Part shown: in pieces, positions 34,435-43,184 of the stretch
How the letters are laid out: each line of letters opens with the position of its first letter
Position numbering within the stretch: position 1 is the first letter of the stretch
Source: Bacteroidales bacterium
GTDB taxonomy: Bacteria > Bacteroidota > Bacteroidia > Bacteroidales > VadinHA17
Assembly: GCA_036508535.1 (NCBI GenBank)
Contig: DATCHE010000087.1
Coordinates: 1,878 to 65,877 of the forward strand
Reading direction: 5' to 3'
Length of the DNA stretch: 64,000 bases
The notes under the pieces: model-generated
The model's input: only the letters and a program-made list of their open reading frames with translations
Told to the model about the DNA's origin: nothing
Database searches by the model: none
Made by a program: the position numbers and the translations under genes

Positions 34435-35637
34435 ATGGCAAACGTAAAAACGACGAAAGGAATTATTGCAATACTTACCGGAGGAGGAGATGTTCCCGGG
34501 CTTAACCCGGCTATCCGTGCTGTAACTATCCGTGCAAACCGTGAAGGATATAAAGTAATCGGACTTCGCAGGGGGTGGGCAGGCATATCAGAACTTATCA
34601 GAGACCAGAAAGCAGATAACAGCAATAACTTTCAGATACTTACTGACGATATAGTTAATAAGGCAGGACGGACCGGAGGAACCTTTTTACATACTTCCAG
34701 AACAAGACCGAGCCATATGTCAAAGGCGAGTGTTCCTGAGCATTTGCAAAGCACATATAATGCTGAATATAATGATATTACTCCTGAGATAATCAAGAAT
34801 CTTGAGTGGCTGGGAGTTGACTATCTTATTCCAATAGGTGGCGATGATACACTTAGCTATGGTGTTCATCTGTACAAAAAAGGAGTAAATGTTGTTGCGA
34901 TTCCTAAAACTATGGACAATGATGTTCCGGGAACTGATTATTGTATTGGCTTCAGCACATGTATCTCCCGAACCATTCAGATGACAAACAGCCTTAGGAC
35001 TTCAGCCGGATCACACGAAAGACTTTTGGTTCTCGAGGTATTCGGAAGATACGCCGGTTTCACTGCTATGTTGCCTACTTTGGCTGGAGCCGCTAACAGG
35101 TGTGTAATACCCGAATACGAGTTTAATATCGATCAGCTCACAAAACTTTTGGTTGAAGACAGAAATCATAATCCCAGTAAATATTCGGTTGTTCTGGTTT
35201 CAGAAGGGGCAATGTTTAAAGGAGGAGAGATGATATTTGCCGATAGTGAGAAAGATGCTTATGGCCATGCAAAACTTGGTGGTATCGGAGATATGGTGTC
35301 GGCAAAACTTAAAGAACTTTCGCCAAAATATAACCAAGGGAAAGTAATTAATGTTATTAACCAGAAGCTTGGCTATCTGGTACGTGGTGGAGATCCCGAC
35401 GCACTCGATTCAATTGTACCTATGGCTTATGGTAATCTTGCACTTGATCTTATTCTTAAAGGTGTTCACGGTAGAATCGTAGTACTTAAGAACGGAAGAT
35501 ACGACAACCTGCCTATTGATGTGGTAACATCATCTAAAAAAATAGTGAAACTTTCAGATTATAATACTGAAAGGCTAAGACCTTACTACCATAGTTTTGA
35601 AATGAAACCATTCCTTTTGATGGCTTCAGATAATTAG
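34435..35637 (+). CDS. 6-phosphofructokinase, probably PPi-dependent type
   Basis: IAILTGGGDVPGLN, IPIGGDDTLSYG and IPKTMDNDV. Start is ATG at 34435 (MANVKTTKG) or 34408. The track start at 34231 is an over-extension. Confidence 0.85.
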   Translation: MANVKTTKGIIAILTGGGDVPGLNPAIRAVTIRANREGYKVIGLRRGWAGISELIRDQKADNSNNFQILTDDIVNKAGRTGGTFLHTSRTRPSHMSKASVPEHLQSTYNAEYNDITPEIIKNLEWLGVDYLIPIGGDDTLSYGVHLYKKGVNVVAIPKTMDNDVPGTDYCIGFSTCISRTIQMTNSLRTSAGSHERLLVLEVFGRYAGFTAMLPTLAGAANRCVIPEYEFNIDQLTKLLVEDRNHNPSKYSVVLVSEGAMFKGGEMIFADSEKDAYGHAKLGGIGDMVSAKLKELSPKYNQGKVINVINQKLGYLVRGGDPDALDSIVPMAYGNLALDLILKGVHGRIVVLKNGRYDNLPIDVVTSSKKIVKLSDYNTERLRPYYHSFEMKPFLLMASDN

Positions 35638-35664
35638 AGGAGAAATCATTTATAAATATTTCAC

Positions 35665-35692
35665 GTAGAGACGCAATGCATTGCGTCTCTAC
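35665..35692 (+). terminator. Intrinsic terminator after pfk (28-nt perfect palindrome)
   Basis: GTAGAGACGCAATGCATTGCGTCTCTAC followed by CTGTTTTAT, 28 nt after the pfk stop. The track TTG start of the next ORF (35681) lies inside this hairpin. Confidence 0.6.
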
Positions 35693-35720
35693 CTGTTTTA
35701 TAAAATCCCGAAGGATTATT

Positions 35721-35728
35721 TACATTTG
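35721..35728 (+). promoter_or_regulatory. Candidate -7 box TACATTTG for rsgA
   Basis: Matches TAnnTTTG, 18 nt upstream of the proposed TTG start at 35747. Confidence 0.35.
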
Positions 35729-35746
35729 TGTTCAAATATTTGTCTT

Positions 35747-36673
35747 TTGGAAAAAGGAGTTATATTAAAATCTACAGGAAGCAGTTATAGGGTTCTCCTT
35801 GATGGGGGAAATGTAATTGATTGCTCCGTAAAGGGGAAACTCCGGATTAAAGAATTACGTATTACAAACCCCATTGCTGTCGGAGATAATGTACTGCTAG
35901 AAGTAGACAAGAAGAATAACTCCGGCATTATTACTGAAGTACTCGACCGGCGGAACTATATACTTCGAAAAGCAACAAACCTTTCAAAACATTCCCAGAT
36001 CATTGCAGCAAATATCGATCAGGTATTTCTAATGATCACCATTATTCTTCCCGAAACGCCTGTAGAATTTATTGACAGATTCCTGATCACTGCCGAAGCT
36101 TACAGGGTTGAGGCTAAAATAATAATTAACAAGACTGATCTTTACGGAGAGGATGAAATTGCAAAAATGGAATACCTCGAATCCCTTTACACTAAGATAG
36201 GATATGAATGTATAAGACTTTCTCTAAAAGACCAAACTAACCTGGAATTACTCAGGTCGCTAATGAAAGATAAAACCAGTCTGATATCGGGCAATTCAGG
36301 TGTAGGTAAAACAACCCTATTAAACTTATTTGATCCGGATCTGAATCTTAAAACGGCTGAAATATCAGATTATCATAAACAGGGGAAACATATCACAACC
36401 TTTCCGGAAATGTACCATATGCCATTTGGGGGATTTGTAATTGATACTCCGGGAATAAGGGGATTTGGCGTTGTTGATATGGAAAGGAATGAGATTTACC
36501 ACTTTTTCCGCGAAATATTCGCAGTTTCAAAAGGATGCAGATTTAATAATTGTCTCCATCTTGATGAACCTGAATGCGCAGTAAGAGCTGCTGTAGAAAG
36601 CGGAGAAATAGATTTTCTTCGTTACAAAAGTTATCTTAATATTATGGATAGCGATAATCGCAAGTATCGTTGA
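35747..36673 (+). CDS. rsgA: Ribosome small-subunit-dependent GTPase A
   Basis: Circularly permuted GTPase: NKTDLY, GNSGVGKTTLLN, VIDTPGIRGF, and zinc knuckle CRFNNCLHLDEPEC. The homologous N-terminus begins at (L)EKGVILKSTGSSY, so TTG at 35747 is proposed. There is no ATG nearby. Confidence 0.82.
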   Translation: MEKGVILKSTGSSYRVLLDGGNVIDCSVKGKLRIKELRITNPIAVGDNVLLEVDKKNNSGIITEVLDRRNYILRKATNLSKHSQIIAANIDQVFLMITIILPETPVEFIDRFLITAEAYRVEAKIIINKTDLYGEDEIAKMEYLESLYTKIGYECIRLSLKDQTNLELLRSLMKDKTSLISGNSGVGKTTLLNLFDPDLNLKTAEISDYHKQGKHITTFPEMYHMPFGGFVIDTPGIRGFGVVDMERNEIYHFFREIFAVSKGCRFNNCLHLDEPECAVRAAVESGEIDFLRYKSYLNIMDSDNRKYR

Positions 36674-36735
36674 AATTTATAATTACAGGATTAAAGATTA
36701 TCTTTATATTCCATAGCAGATAAATATTTTCAAAG

Positions 36736-39570
36736 ATGAAAAGAGTACTCCTTCTTGCATATTCAGCATTTCTGATAATTCTGCTAATTAACTATTTCTA
36801 TTATAACAGTCTGTATAATAAGCAGATAAATTATATTGTTGAGCTTCTTGACCGGCAGGTACAGATTGTAGGGCATTCTGTAGATAGTACAAATAATGGG
36901 TTTCTAAGCGATTTAAACCAGATCGGTTTTGAAGAAGATCTTAATGACTTTTTTACTAAAACTAAGCCCGATATTCAGTATCGGGCAAAGGAAAAAATGA
37001 AACTCTTCTTCTCAAAATACCAGGACTTCGTTACGGGAATTAAATATTACGATAATAATAAAAATGAATTCACATTAAAAAAAGATGATGATTCTGGTGG
37101 CGGGTGGCTAGAACAACCATATATTCTCCATGTTCAGGCAGAGATATATTTTATGGAAAAACTGGTTGAGGAAAACTGGAAATTCGATTACTATCTGCCC
37201 GTTTTAAATAAAAAAACAAATGAAATAATCGGGAATATTGTAGTCACAGTTGATTATCAGAAATACTTTAAAGAAATATTCTCAGTTTTCAACCTTAAGG
37301 ACTATCAATGGCAATGGGTAGTAAGTGATTCAGGTGCAATCATATATGATAATAGCCAATACGGTTTTGTATATTCCAAATTAGATCAAATAACAAAAAG
37401 TCTGGCAGGAGGATCAGTAGAAAATATAACTCATAATGCCACCTTTAAAGGGAAGTCCCAGGAGATAATTTCGTCATATTATTCAACACAACTACTTCAA
37501 AGAGATCTGGGACTTGTTTTTTCGGCTCCTACCGGTTTTTTTCAGAAATATATTATCAGAAACTCATTGTTTATTGTGTTAGGAACACTCTTTCTTATTC
37601 AAATGATAATATATATTTTCCTCAGATATATAAAATCGCAAAAATCGGAATCAGAGAGATTGAAAACTTCTGAAAGCATGCTATTCAGACTAATAGAAGA
37701 GATGCCGGCAGGAGTAATAATTCATAATAAAAACAGGGAAATAATAAAAGCAAACAAGGTAGCCGCAAGTCAATATTTATATTCCGGTGAAGCCGAAATG
37801 GTTGGCAAAATATTCCCTGAAACATCATTGCCTGATGAGAGTGACTATTTTTCGAAAAATCTTGGCGGATCTTTCAACCCCGACCAGTTTGTAATTATTA
37901 AAAAAGAAATAGGGGAAATAGTTCTTTACAGAAACAGCATACCTGTAGTATTTATGGGCGAAGAGGCAACCATGGAGATACTCATTGATGTGACAATGCT
38001 TGAATCGGCAAGAAAGCACGAAGCAAAAGCCAATGTAGCAAAATCAGAGTTCCTGGCAAGAATGAGTTTTGAAATCCGTACCCCGTTAAACGGAATTATC
38101 GGGATGACAGATGTTCTTAGTAAATTTGATCTCTCTTCTGAAGTAAGGGATATTGTTAGCTTACTCCATAGGTCAACGGAAGTGCTCCTAAGCATCATTA
38201 ATGATATACTGGATTTTTCGAGAATTGAATCGGGGAAAATGATTCTCGATGAGGTTCCTTTTAATTTAAGAGAAGAGATTATTTATTGTGTAGATCTTGC
38301 AAAGACCCATATATTGACAAATGATCTGAATCTGTCTTACTCGGTCGACGAGAACGTGCCGGAATACATTATTGGTGACGCATTCAGATTAAGACAGGTT
38401 CTGACCAATCTTATAAACAATTCCATAAGAAATACAGAAAAGGGAGAAATACGTCTAAACTGCGCGCTTAAAAACGCCAAGGATGGAGTAATTACTATTA
38501 GTTTTGACTTGCTTGACACAGGATTAAGTTTTGACAAAGTAACCCTGAAAAAAATATTTGGCGATTTTGTAAATGTTGAATCAAAAGTCGGGAGAACAAG
38601 TGACGATTCGGGTTTTGGAACAATACTTTCTAAGCAACTGGTTGAGTTAATGGGAGGAGAGTTGTCTGCTGTAAGCCCTTCAGGTTTATCAGGAGATTTA
38701 GGAATGAAAGTATCATTTACTATTCTCACGCACTCAAACTACAGACCAATTAAAGACATTTCCCCTGAAAAGAGAAAGTCTTATGGAAGTATCAAAACCC
38801 TGGTTATAACGGGGAGTCAAAACCGTGATGAGGAGATTTTAGGGGCTTTGCATAAACTGGGTCTGATAGTTTCTGTAACAACATTCCAGAAGTCTACAAT
38901 AAACCAGATAAGGGCAAATATGAATTATCCTGACGACAGGTATAATCTGGTTGTAATACTTGATGATAAGGAGTTTGACGGATTTGAAGCTGCCACAAAT
39001 ATTTCAGAAAGTAAGCTTGCCACAAATTTTATCATTCTTATGATAAGCAAAAATGATAAAAAGGGAAATTACGTTAAGTCTGTTACTTTAGGAGTCGATA
39101 ATTATCTTGTTACACCATTCGATAACAACGAGTTGCTGAACATCATTAAGAATAATTTTCCCTATATTGAAGACTCAACCTTTGCTTATGATTTTAGCAG
39201 AGTCCCAAATAATTCAAAAATTTTAGTTGTTGAGGATAACAGAATGAATCAGAAAGTTATTGGAACAATGCTTAAATCCCTGGGATATTCTTATGATATT
39301 GCTAATGATGGTTACGCCGGCTATCTGCAGGCAAAAAACAATAAATACGACCTTATCCTGATGGATCTTATAATGCCTGAGATGGACGGTTTTGAATCAG
39401 CGCAAAAGATTCTTGAAATGGATAAATCTAATATCATCGTTGCCTTTTCTGCAGATAATATGCCCGAATCAAAAAGGAAAGCCGAATTGTCAGGGATTAA
39501 GGATTTTATTTCTAAACCTGTCAGAATAGAAGATCTTAAAAAGATTTTTGCCAAGTTTCTGATTAAATAA
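36736..39570 (+). CDS. Hybrid sensor kinase-like protein (TM, periplasmic domain, TM, PAS, degenerate HisKA/HATPase, pseudo-receiver, receiver)
   Basis: 944 aa. H-box reads FLARMSFEIRTPLNGIIGM, with Phe where His is expected. N-box is LTNLINNSIRNT. G-boxes are eroded (DTGLSF, SGFGT). The C-terminal REC is canonical: VVEDN, DLILMDLIMPEMDG, AFSA, SKP. Confidence 0.85.
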   Translation: MKRVLLLAYSAFLIILLINYFYYNSLYNKQINYIVELLDRQVQIVGHSVDSTNNGFLSDLNQIGFEEDLNDFFTKTKPDIQYRAKEKMKLFFSKYQDFVTGIKYYDNNKNEFTLKKDDDSGGGWLEQPYILHVQAEIYFMEKLVEENWKFDYYLPVLNKKTNEIIGNIVVTVDYQKYFKEIFSVFNLKDYQWQWVVSDSGAIIYDNSQYGFVYSKLDQITKSLAGGSVENITHNATFKGKSQEIISSYYSTQLLQRDLGLVFSAPTGFFQKYIIRNSLFIVLGTLFLIQMIIYIFLRYIKSQKSESERLKTSESMLFRLIEEMPAGVIIHNKNREIIKANKVAASQYLYSGEAEMVGKIFPETSLPDESDYFSKNLGGSFNPDQFVIIKKEIGEIVLYRNSIPVVFMGEEATMEILIDVTMLESARKHEAKANVAKSEFLARMSFEIRTPLNGIIGMTDVLSKFDLSSEVRDIVSLLHRSTEVLLSIINDILDFSRIESGKMILDEVPFNLREEIIYCVDLAKTHILTNDLNLSYSVDENVPEYIIGDAFRLRQVLTNLINNSIRNTEKGEIRLNCALKNAKDGVITISFDLLDTGLSFDKVTLKKIFGDFVNVESKVGRTSDDSGFGTILSKQLVELMGGELSAVSPSGLSGDLGMKVSFTILTHSNYRPIKDISPEKRKSYGSIKTLVITGSQNRDEEILGALHKLGLIVSVTTFQKSTINQIRANMNYPDDRYNLVVILDDKEFDGFEAATNISESKLATNFIILMISKNDKKGNYVKSVTLGVDNYLVTPFDNNELLNIIKNNFPYIEDSTFAYDFSRVPNNSKILVVEDNRMNQKVIGTMLKSLGYSYDIANDGYAGYLQAKNNKYDLILMDLIMPEMDGFESAQKILEMDKSNIIVAFSADNMPESKRKAELSGIKDFISKPVRIEDLKKIFAKFLIK

Positions 39571-39623
39571 TTCTCCGGGATACTTATTGCTATCTTAACT
39601 TATTCCGCAACAGAGACAAAATC

Positions 39624-40661
39624 ATGGCTTTAGACAAAATTAAGGTTATAAGGTTTCTTGAACTTGCCGGACGTATTCCGGTAATTGACGTTAGGTCTCC
39701 ATCTGAATTTACTTTAGGCCATATTCCCGGAGCCATTAACATACCACTTTTTGATGACCTGGAAAGAGCTTCAGTTGGAACAAAATATAAAAAAGAAGGA
39801 CGCATTCCCGCAATTCTGGAAGGACTAAGATGTACTGGACCCACAATGTCTTCTAAGCTGGAGCGAGCTCTTAAGAGTATGAAAGAAGGGAAACTTCTGG
39901 TTTATTGCTGGAGAGGAGGTATGAGATCTGAAGCAATGGCCTGGCTGTTCTCTTTAGGGGATATCGAAACAGAAGTGCTGGATGGCGGCTATAAGACGTA
40001 TCGTCAATATATTCTTGATCGTCTTTCAGAAAAAAGAAAATTGATTGTTCTGGGGGGATTGACCGGAAGCAGCAAAACACATATCCTAAGATATATTAAA
40101 GGATTAGGGCATCAGGTTATCGACCTGGAAGGACTTGCTAATCATAAAGGGTCTGCCTTTGGATCACTTGGCCAGCCGCCACAACCATCGACGGAACATT
40201 TTTCAAATATTCTTTTTGAGGAAGTAAGAGAGCTTAACGCTACTATTCCTTCCTGGGTTGAAGATGAAAGCCGGAATATAGGTTCAGTATTTATGCCGGA
40301 TAGCTTCTATGAAAACATGCAGGATACCCCGACAATAATTCTTAACATGGATGTAAAAACAAGATTGCCCAGACTTATTGAAGAATACTCAACATATTCT
40401 GCAGAAGCTCTTAAGGCATCGATAATTAAGATAAGTAAACGCCTGGGAGGTGATAGAACAAAAGATGCGATTCTTTCAGTTGAGTCGGGAGATATAGCAA
40501 GAGCAATAGAAATATCATTATTCTATTACGATAAAGCTTATCGGTTCGGCCTGACAAAAAAGCACAGACATAATATTATTTACGTTGAGACAGATACTGA
40601 TAATATTGAAATGAATGCTTCGAAAATTCTTGAGGCAGCAAGGAAAATAATCTGGCCCTAA
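39624..40661 (+). CDS. selU: tRNA 2-selenouridine synthase
   Basis: 345 aa. Rhodanese active-site loop VYCWRGGMRSEA and P-loop GGLTGSSKTHIL. Confidence 0.85.
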   Translation: MALDKIKVIRFLELAGRIPVIDVRSPSEFTLGHIPGAINIPLFDDLERASVGTKYKKEGRIPAILEGLRCTGPTMSSKLERALKSMKEGKLLVYCWRGGMRSEAMAWLFSLGDIETEVLDGGYKTYRQYILDRLSEKRKLIVLGGLTGSSKTHILRYIKGLGHQVIDLEGLANHKGSAFGSLGQPPQPSTEHFSNILFEEVRELNATIPSWVEDESRNIGSVFMPDSFYENMQDTPTIILNMDVKTRLPRLIEEYSTYSAEALKASIIKISKRLGGDRTKDAILSVESGDIARAIEISLFYYDKAYRFGLTKKHRHNIIYVETDTDNIEMNASKILEAARKIIWP

Positions 40662-40670
40662 TGTGCCCCC

Positions 40671-41927
40671 CTAAAGATGACTTACTTCCTCGTAATCAAC
40701 CCATCTATAAACTTTATCTGACCTCCGTAGAAAATCAGTTGTTTTAATTGAGCAGAGTTCTCCTTTTAAAGCCTTTTCTGTCACCATAAGATTAACACGG
40801 ATCTCATCTATTGTGTATTCAACAACGCCGGTAGTAGGCCCTGTAATAAGAATAACATCACCTTTATGCAGATCGCCGTTTTCAAGCTTTATCTCAGCTA
40901 CATTAAGTTTTGTAAAGTAGTTGGTAATTTTCCCGAGGTAAACCTTCCTTTTGGTGGCACTTGAACCATAGTTTGTATTCCATTCTCCCATTGTTTGCCC
41001 AAGATAATACCCATCCCAGAAACCTCTGTTAAAGACAGTTGAAAGCCTGACAGTCCAGGCATCAGTTTTTTCTTTATTATAAGTTTCGTCTAAAATTGCA
41101 TAAATTGCCTCATCATAGCAGGAGGTTACTTCCTTTACATATTCTGCTGAACGGGCTCTCCCTTCTATTTTGAGTACTCGTACTCCGGCCTCAACCATTT
41201 TATCGAGAAATCCGATAGTGCAAAGATCTTTTGGCGACATGATATATTCATTATCAACCTCAATCTCATAACCGGATTCCTTTCCGGTAACTATATACGA
41301 TTTCCGGCAGGTCTGATAGCACTCACCTCTATTGGCAGATTTGTTGTTTTCATGAAGACTAAGATAGCATTTCCCCGAAACGGCCATACACAAGGCACCA
41401 TGAGCAAACATCTCAATTTTAATCAGATCTCCTTTTGGTCCCCTTATATTCTGCTCTCTTATCCGGTTATAAATACTACTTACCTGCTGAAGATTCAATT
41501 CACGGGCCAGAACTGCAACATCGGCCCATTTGGAATAAAATTTCAAAGCTTCAATATTTGTTATATTAAGCTGCGTTGAAAGATGAACTTCAATTCCGGA
41601 AGCATAAGCATAATTGATAACTGCAAGGTCGGAGGCAATCACCGCGGAGATTCCGCTCTCAACAGCCGCATCAATTATGCGGTGCATCTGGTCTATTTCA
41701 TGGTCAAAAACGACAACATTGACAGTGAGATAACTTTTAATGTCGTTCTGTTTGCAGATTGAAACGATCTTTCGGAGATCGTCAAGGGAAAAGTTATTGG
41801 AGGAAGCCGCGCGCATATTGAGTTGTTCGGCACCGAAATAAACAGAGTCAGCGCCACCTTGTATTGCAGCCATCAATGATTCATAAGAACCAACAGGGGC
41901 CATTATTTCAATCTCTTTCCTCTTCAT
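40671..41927 (-). CDS. Peptidase U32-family protein
   Basis: N-terminus (MKRKE)IEIMAPVGSYESLMAAIQGGADSVYFG is typical of U32. The ATG at 41927 is preferred over the track TTG at 41948. Confidence 0.85.
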   Translation of the reverse strand: MKRKEIEIMAPVGSYESLMAAIQGGADSVYFGAEQLNMRAASSNNFSLDDLRKIVSICKQNDIKSYLTVNVVVFDHEIDQMHRIIDAAVESGISAVIASDLAVINYAYASGIEVHLSTQLNITNIEALKFYSKWADVAVLARELNLQQVSSIYNRIREQNIRGPKGDLIKIEMFAHGALCMAVSGKCYLSLHENNKSANRGECYQTCRKSYIVTGKESGYEIEVDNEYIMSPKDLCTIGFLDKMVEAGVRVLKIEGRARSAEYVKEVTSCYDEAIYAILDETYNKEKTDAWTVRLSTVFNRGFWDGYYLGQTMGEWNTNYGSSATKRKVYLGKITNYFTKLNVAEIKLENGDLHKGDVILITGPTTGVVEYTIDEIRVNLMVTEKALKGELCSIKTTDFLRRSDKVYRWVDYEEVSHL

Positions 41928-41948
41928 AACAGGATGCAAAGATAGCAA

Positions 41949-43106
41949 TCAGATTTTTATTTTGCTCATCATAATCCTGATACACGAACCCTTACCAACT
42001 TCTGAATACTTGACAAAAATACGGCCATTATGATATTCCTCCACGATTCGTTTTGCCAGAGAGAGTCCTAATCCCCATCCTCTTTGCTTGGTTGTAAAGC
42101 CCGGATTGAATATTTTGTTAAATGCCGATTTAGGAATTCCTTTACCCGTATCTGAAATGTCGATTAAGGCATGCTTTTCTGTTTCTGTTATCCGGATAGT
42201 AATCTCCCCGTTTCCCTCCATTGCATCTATGGCATTCTTCGAAACATTCTCGATTACCCATTCAAATAGAGCAGAATTTATTGGCACAACGATCTCTTTA
42301 TTTAGACTATAATCTGTAATAAACTTCACTTTTGAAGAGGTTCTAGATTTCAGATAATCTATAGTACGGGAAATAATAATAATAATATTTTCGCTTGTCA
42401 AAGCCGGTTTAGAACCGATTCTTGAAAATCTTTCAGTTACTTTTTCGAGCCTTTCAACATCCCGGGCCAGTTCTTTTGTTATTGATATCTCAGGGTATTT
42501 ATGCTGCATAATTTCTATCCAGCCTGCAAGTGATGAAGTTGGCGTTCCGAGCTGATGAGCTGTTTCCTTCGACATTCCCACCCATACCTGGTTTTGATCT
42601 GCTTTACGCGATGAACTGAAGGCAAGATAAGATACCAGAATAAATAGTACAATTATTCCAAGTTGGATAAACGGGTAGAAAATAAGCATTGTAAGAATAA
42701 TGCTGTCTTTATAGTAAATCGAATTATAATGACTTTCTCCAAGATTGATTATAATTGGTTTATTCTTCCCCTTAATCTTCTTAAAATGTTTTTCCAGATA
42801 CTTTGGATCGCCTATCCTTTCATTATTGAAATTTCCTGCCGAAATTATACTATCAGATTCATCGGTCAGGATTACCGGGATTGTTGTGTTGTTATAAATT
42901 ATTGATGAAAGAAAATCGAGATTAAGACTTGTATCAGAAATAGATATAAGCCTTGTTGCCTCAGCCCACAATTGAACATTTTTTCGCTCCTCTACCTTCA
43001 GTTTTTTGACAAGATTCCCGGTGTAAATAAGAGAGCCCATACCTATCAGTACTGCAAATAAAAACAGAGACAACTTCCAGAGTGTTTTATGTCGGGAAAA
43101 AATCAT
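41949..43106 (-). CDS. Sensor histidine kinase (no adjacent response regulator)
   Basis: 385 aa. Two TM segments flank a periplasmic domain of about 110 aa. H-box is ETAHQLGTPTSSL, G1 is ISDTGKGIP, G2 is RGWGLGLSL. Confidence 0.8.
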   Translation of the reverse strand: MIFSRHKTLWKLSLFLFAVLIGMGSLIYTGNLVKKLKVEERKNVQLWAEATRLISISDTSLNLDFLSSIIYNNTTIPVILTDESDSIISAGNFNNERIGDPKYLEKHFKKIKGKNKPIIINLGESHYNSIYYKDSIILTMLIFYPFIQLGIIVLFILVSYLAFSSSRKADQNQVWVGMSKETAHQLGTPTSSLAGWIEIMQHKYPEISITKELARDVERLEKVTERFSRIGSKPALTSENIIIIISRTIDYLKSRTSSKVKFITDYSLNKEIVVPINSALFEWVIENVSKNAIDAMEGNGEITIRITETEKHALIDISDTGKGIPKSAFNKIFNPGFTTKQRGWGLGLSLAKRIVEEYHNGRIFVKYSEVGKGSCIRIMMSKIKI

Positions 43107-43184
43107 TTCAGTAGTTTATGAGATCAATTATCATTAATCAATTCTTCTTTATCAAGGTCCTCTTTTCGTATTTCTTTTTTAAAA

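Noticed and set aside
34231-34625. About 395-nt overlap between the divergent epimerase and pfk track ORFs, which could be read as overlapping genes
   Set aside because: Both N-terminal extensions lack homology to their families. Family-typical N-termini begin at GTG 34346 (minus strand) and ATG 34435 (plus strand), leaving a normal divergent spacer.
37825-38729. Three minus-strand ORFs (37825-38019, 37926-38198, 38337-38729) inside the hybrid kinase gene
   Set aside because: They are antisense shadows of a long, motif-rich CDS. There are no recognisable domains or promoter boxes.
40671-43106. Orphan histidine kinase plus U32 peptidase as a functional pair
   Set aside because: The apparent zero-gap coupling depends on the track's TTG start. 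With the family-typical ATG at 41927 the gap is 21 nt. The adjacency alone gives no functional evidence, and I know of no conserved linkage.
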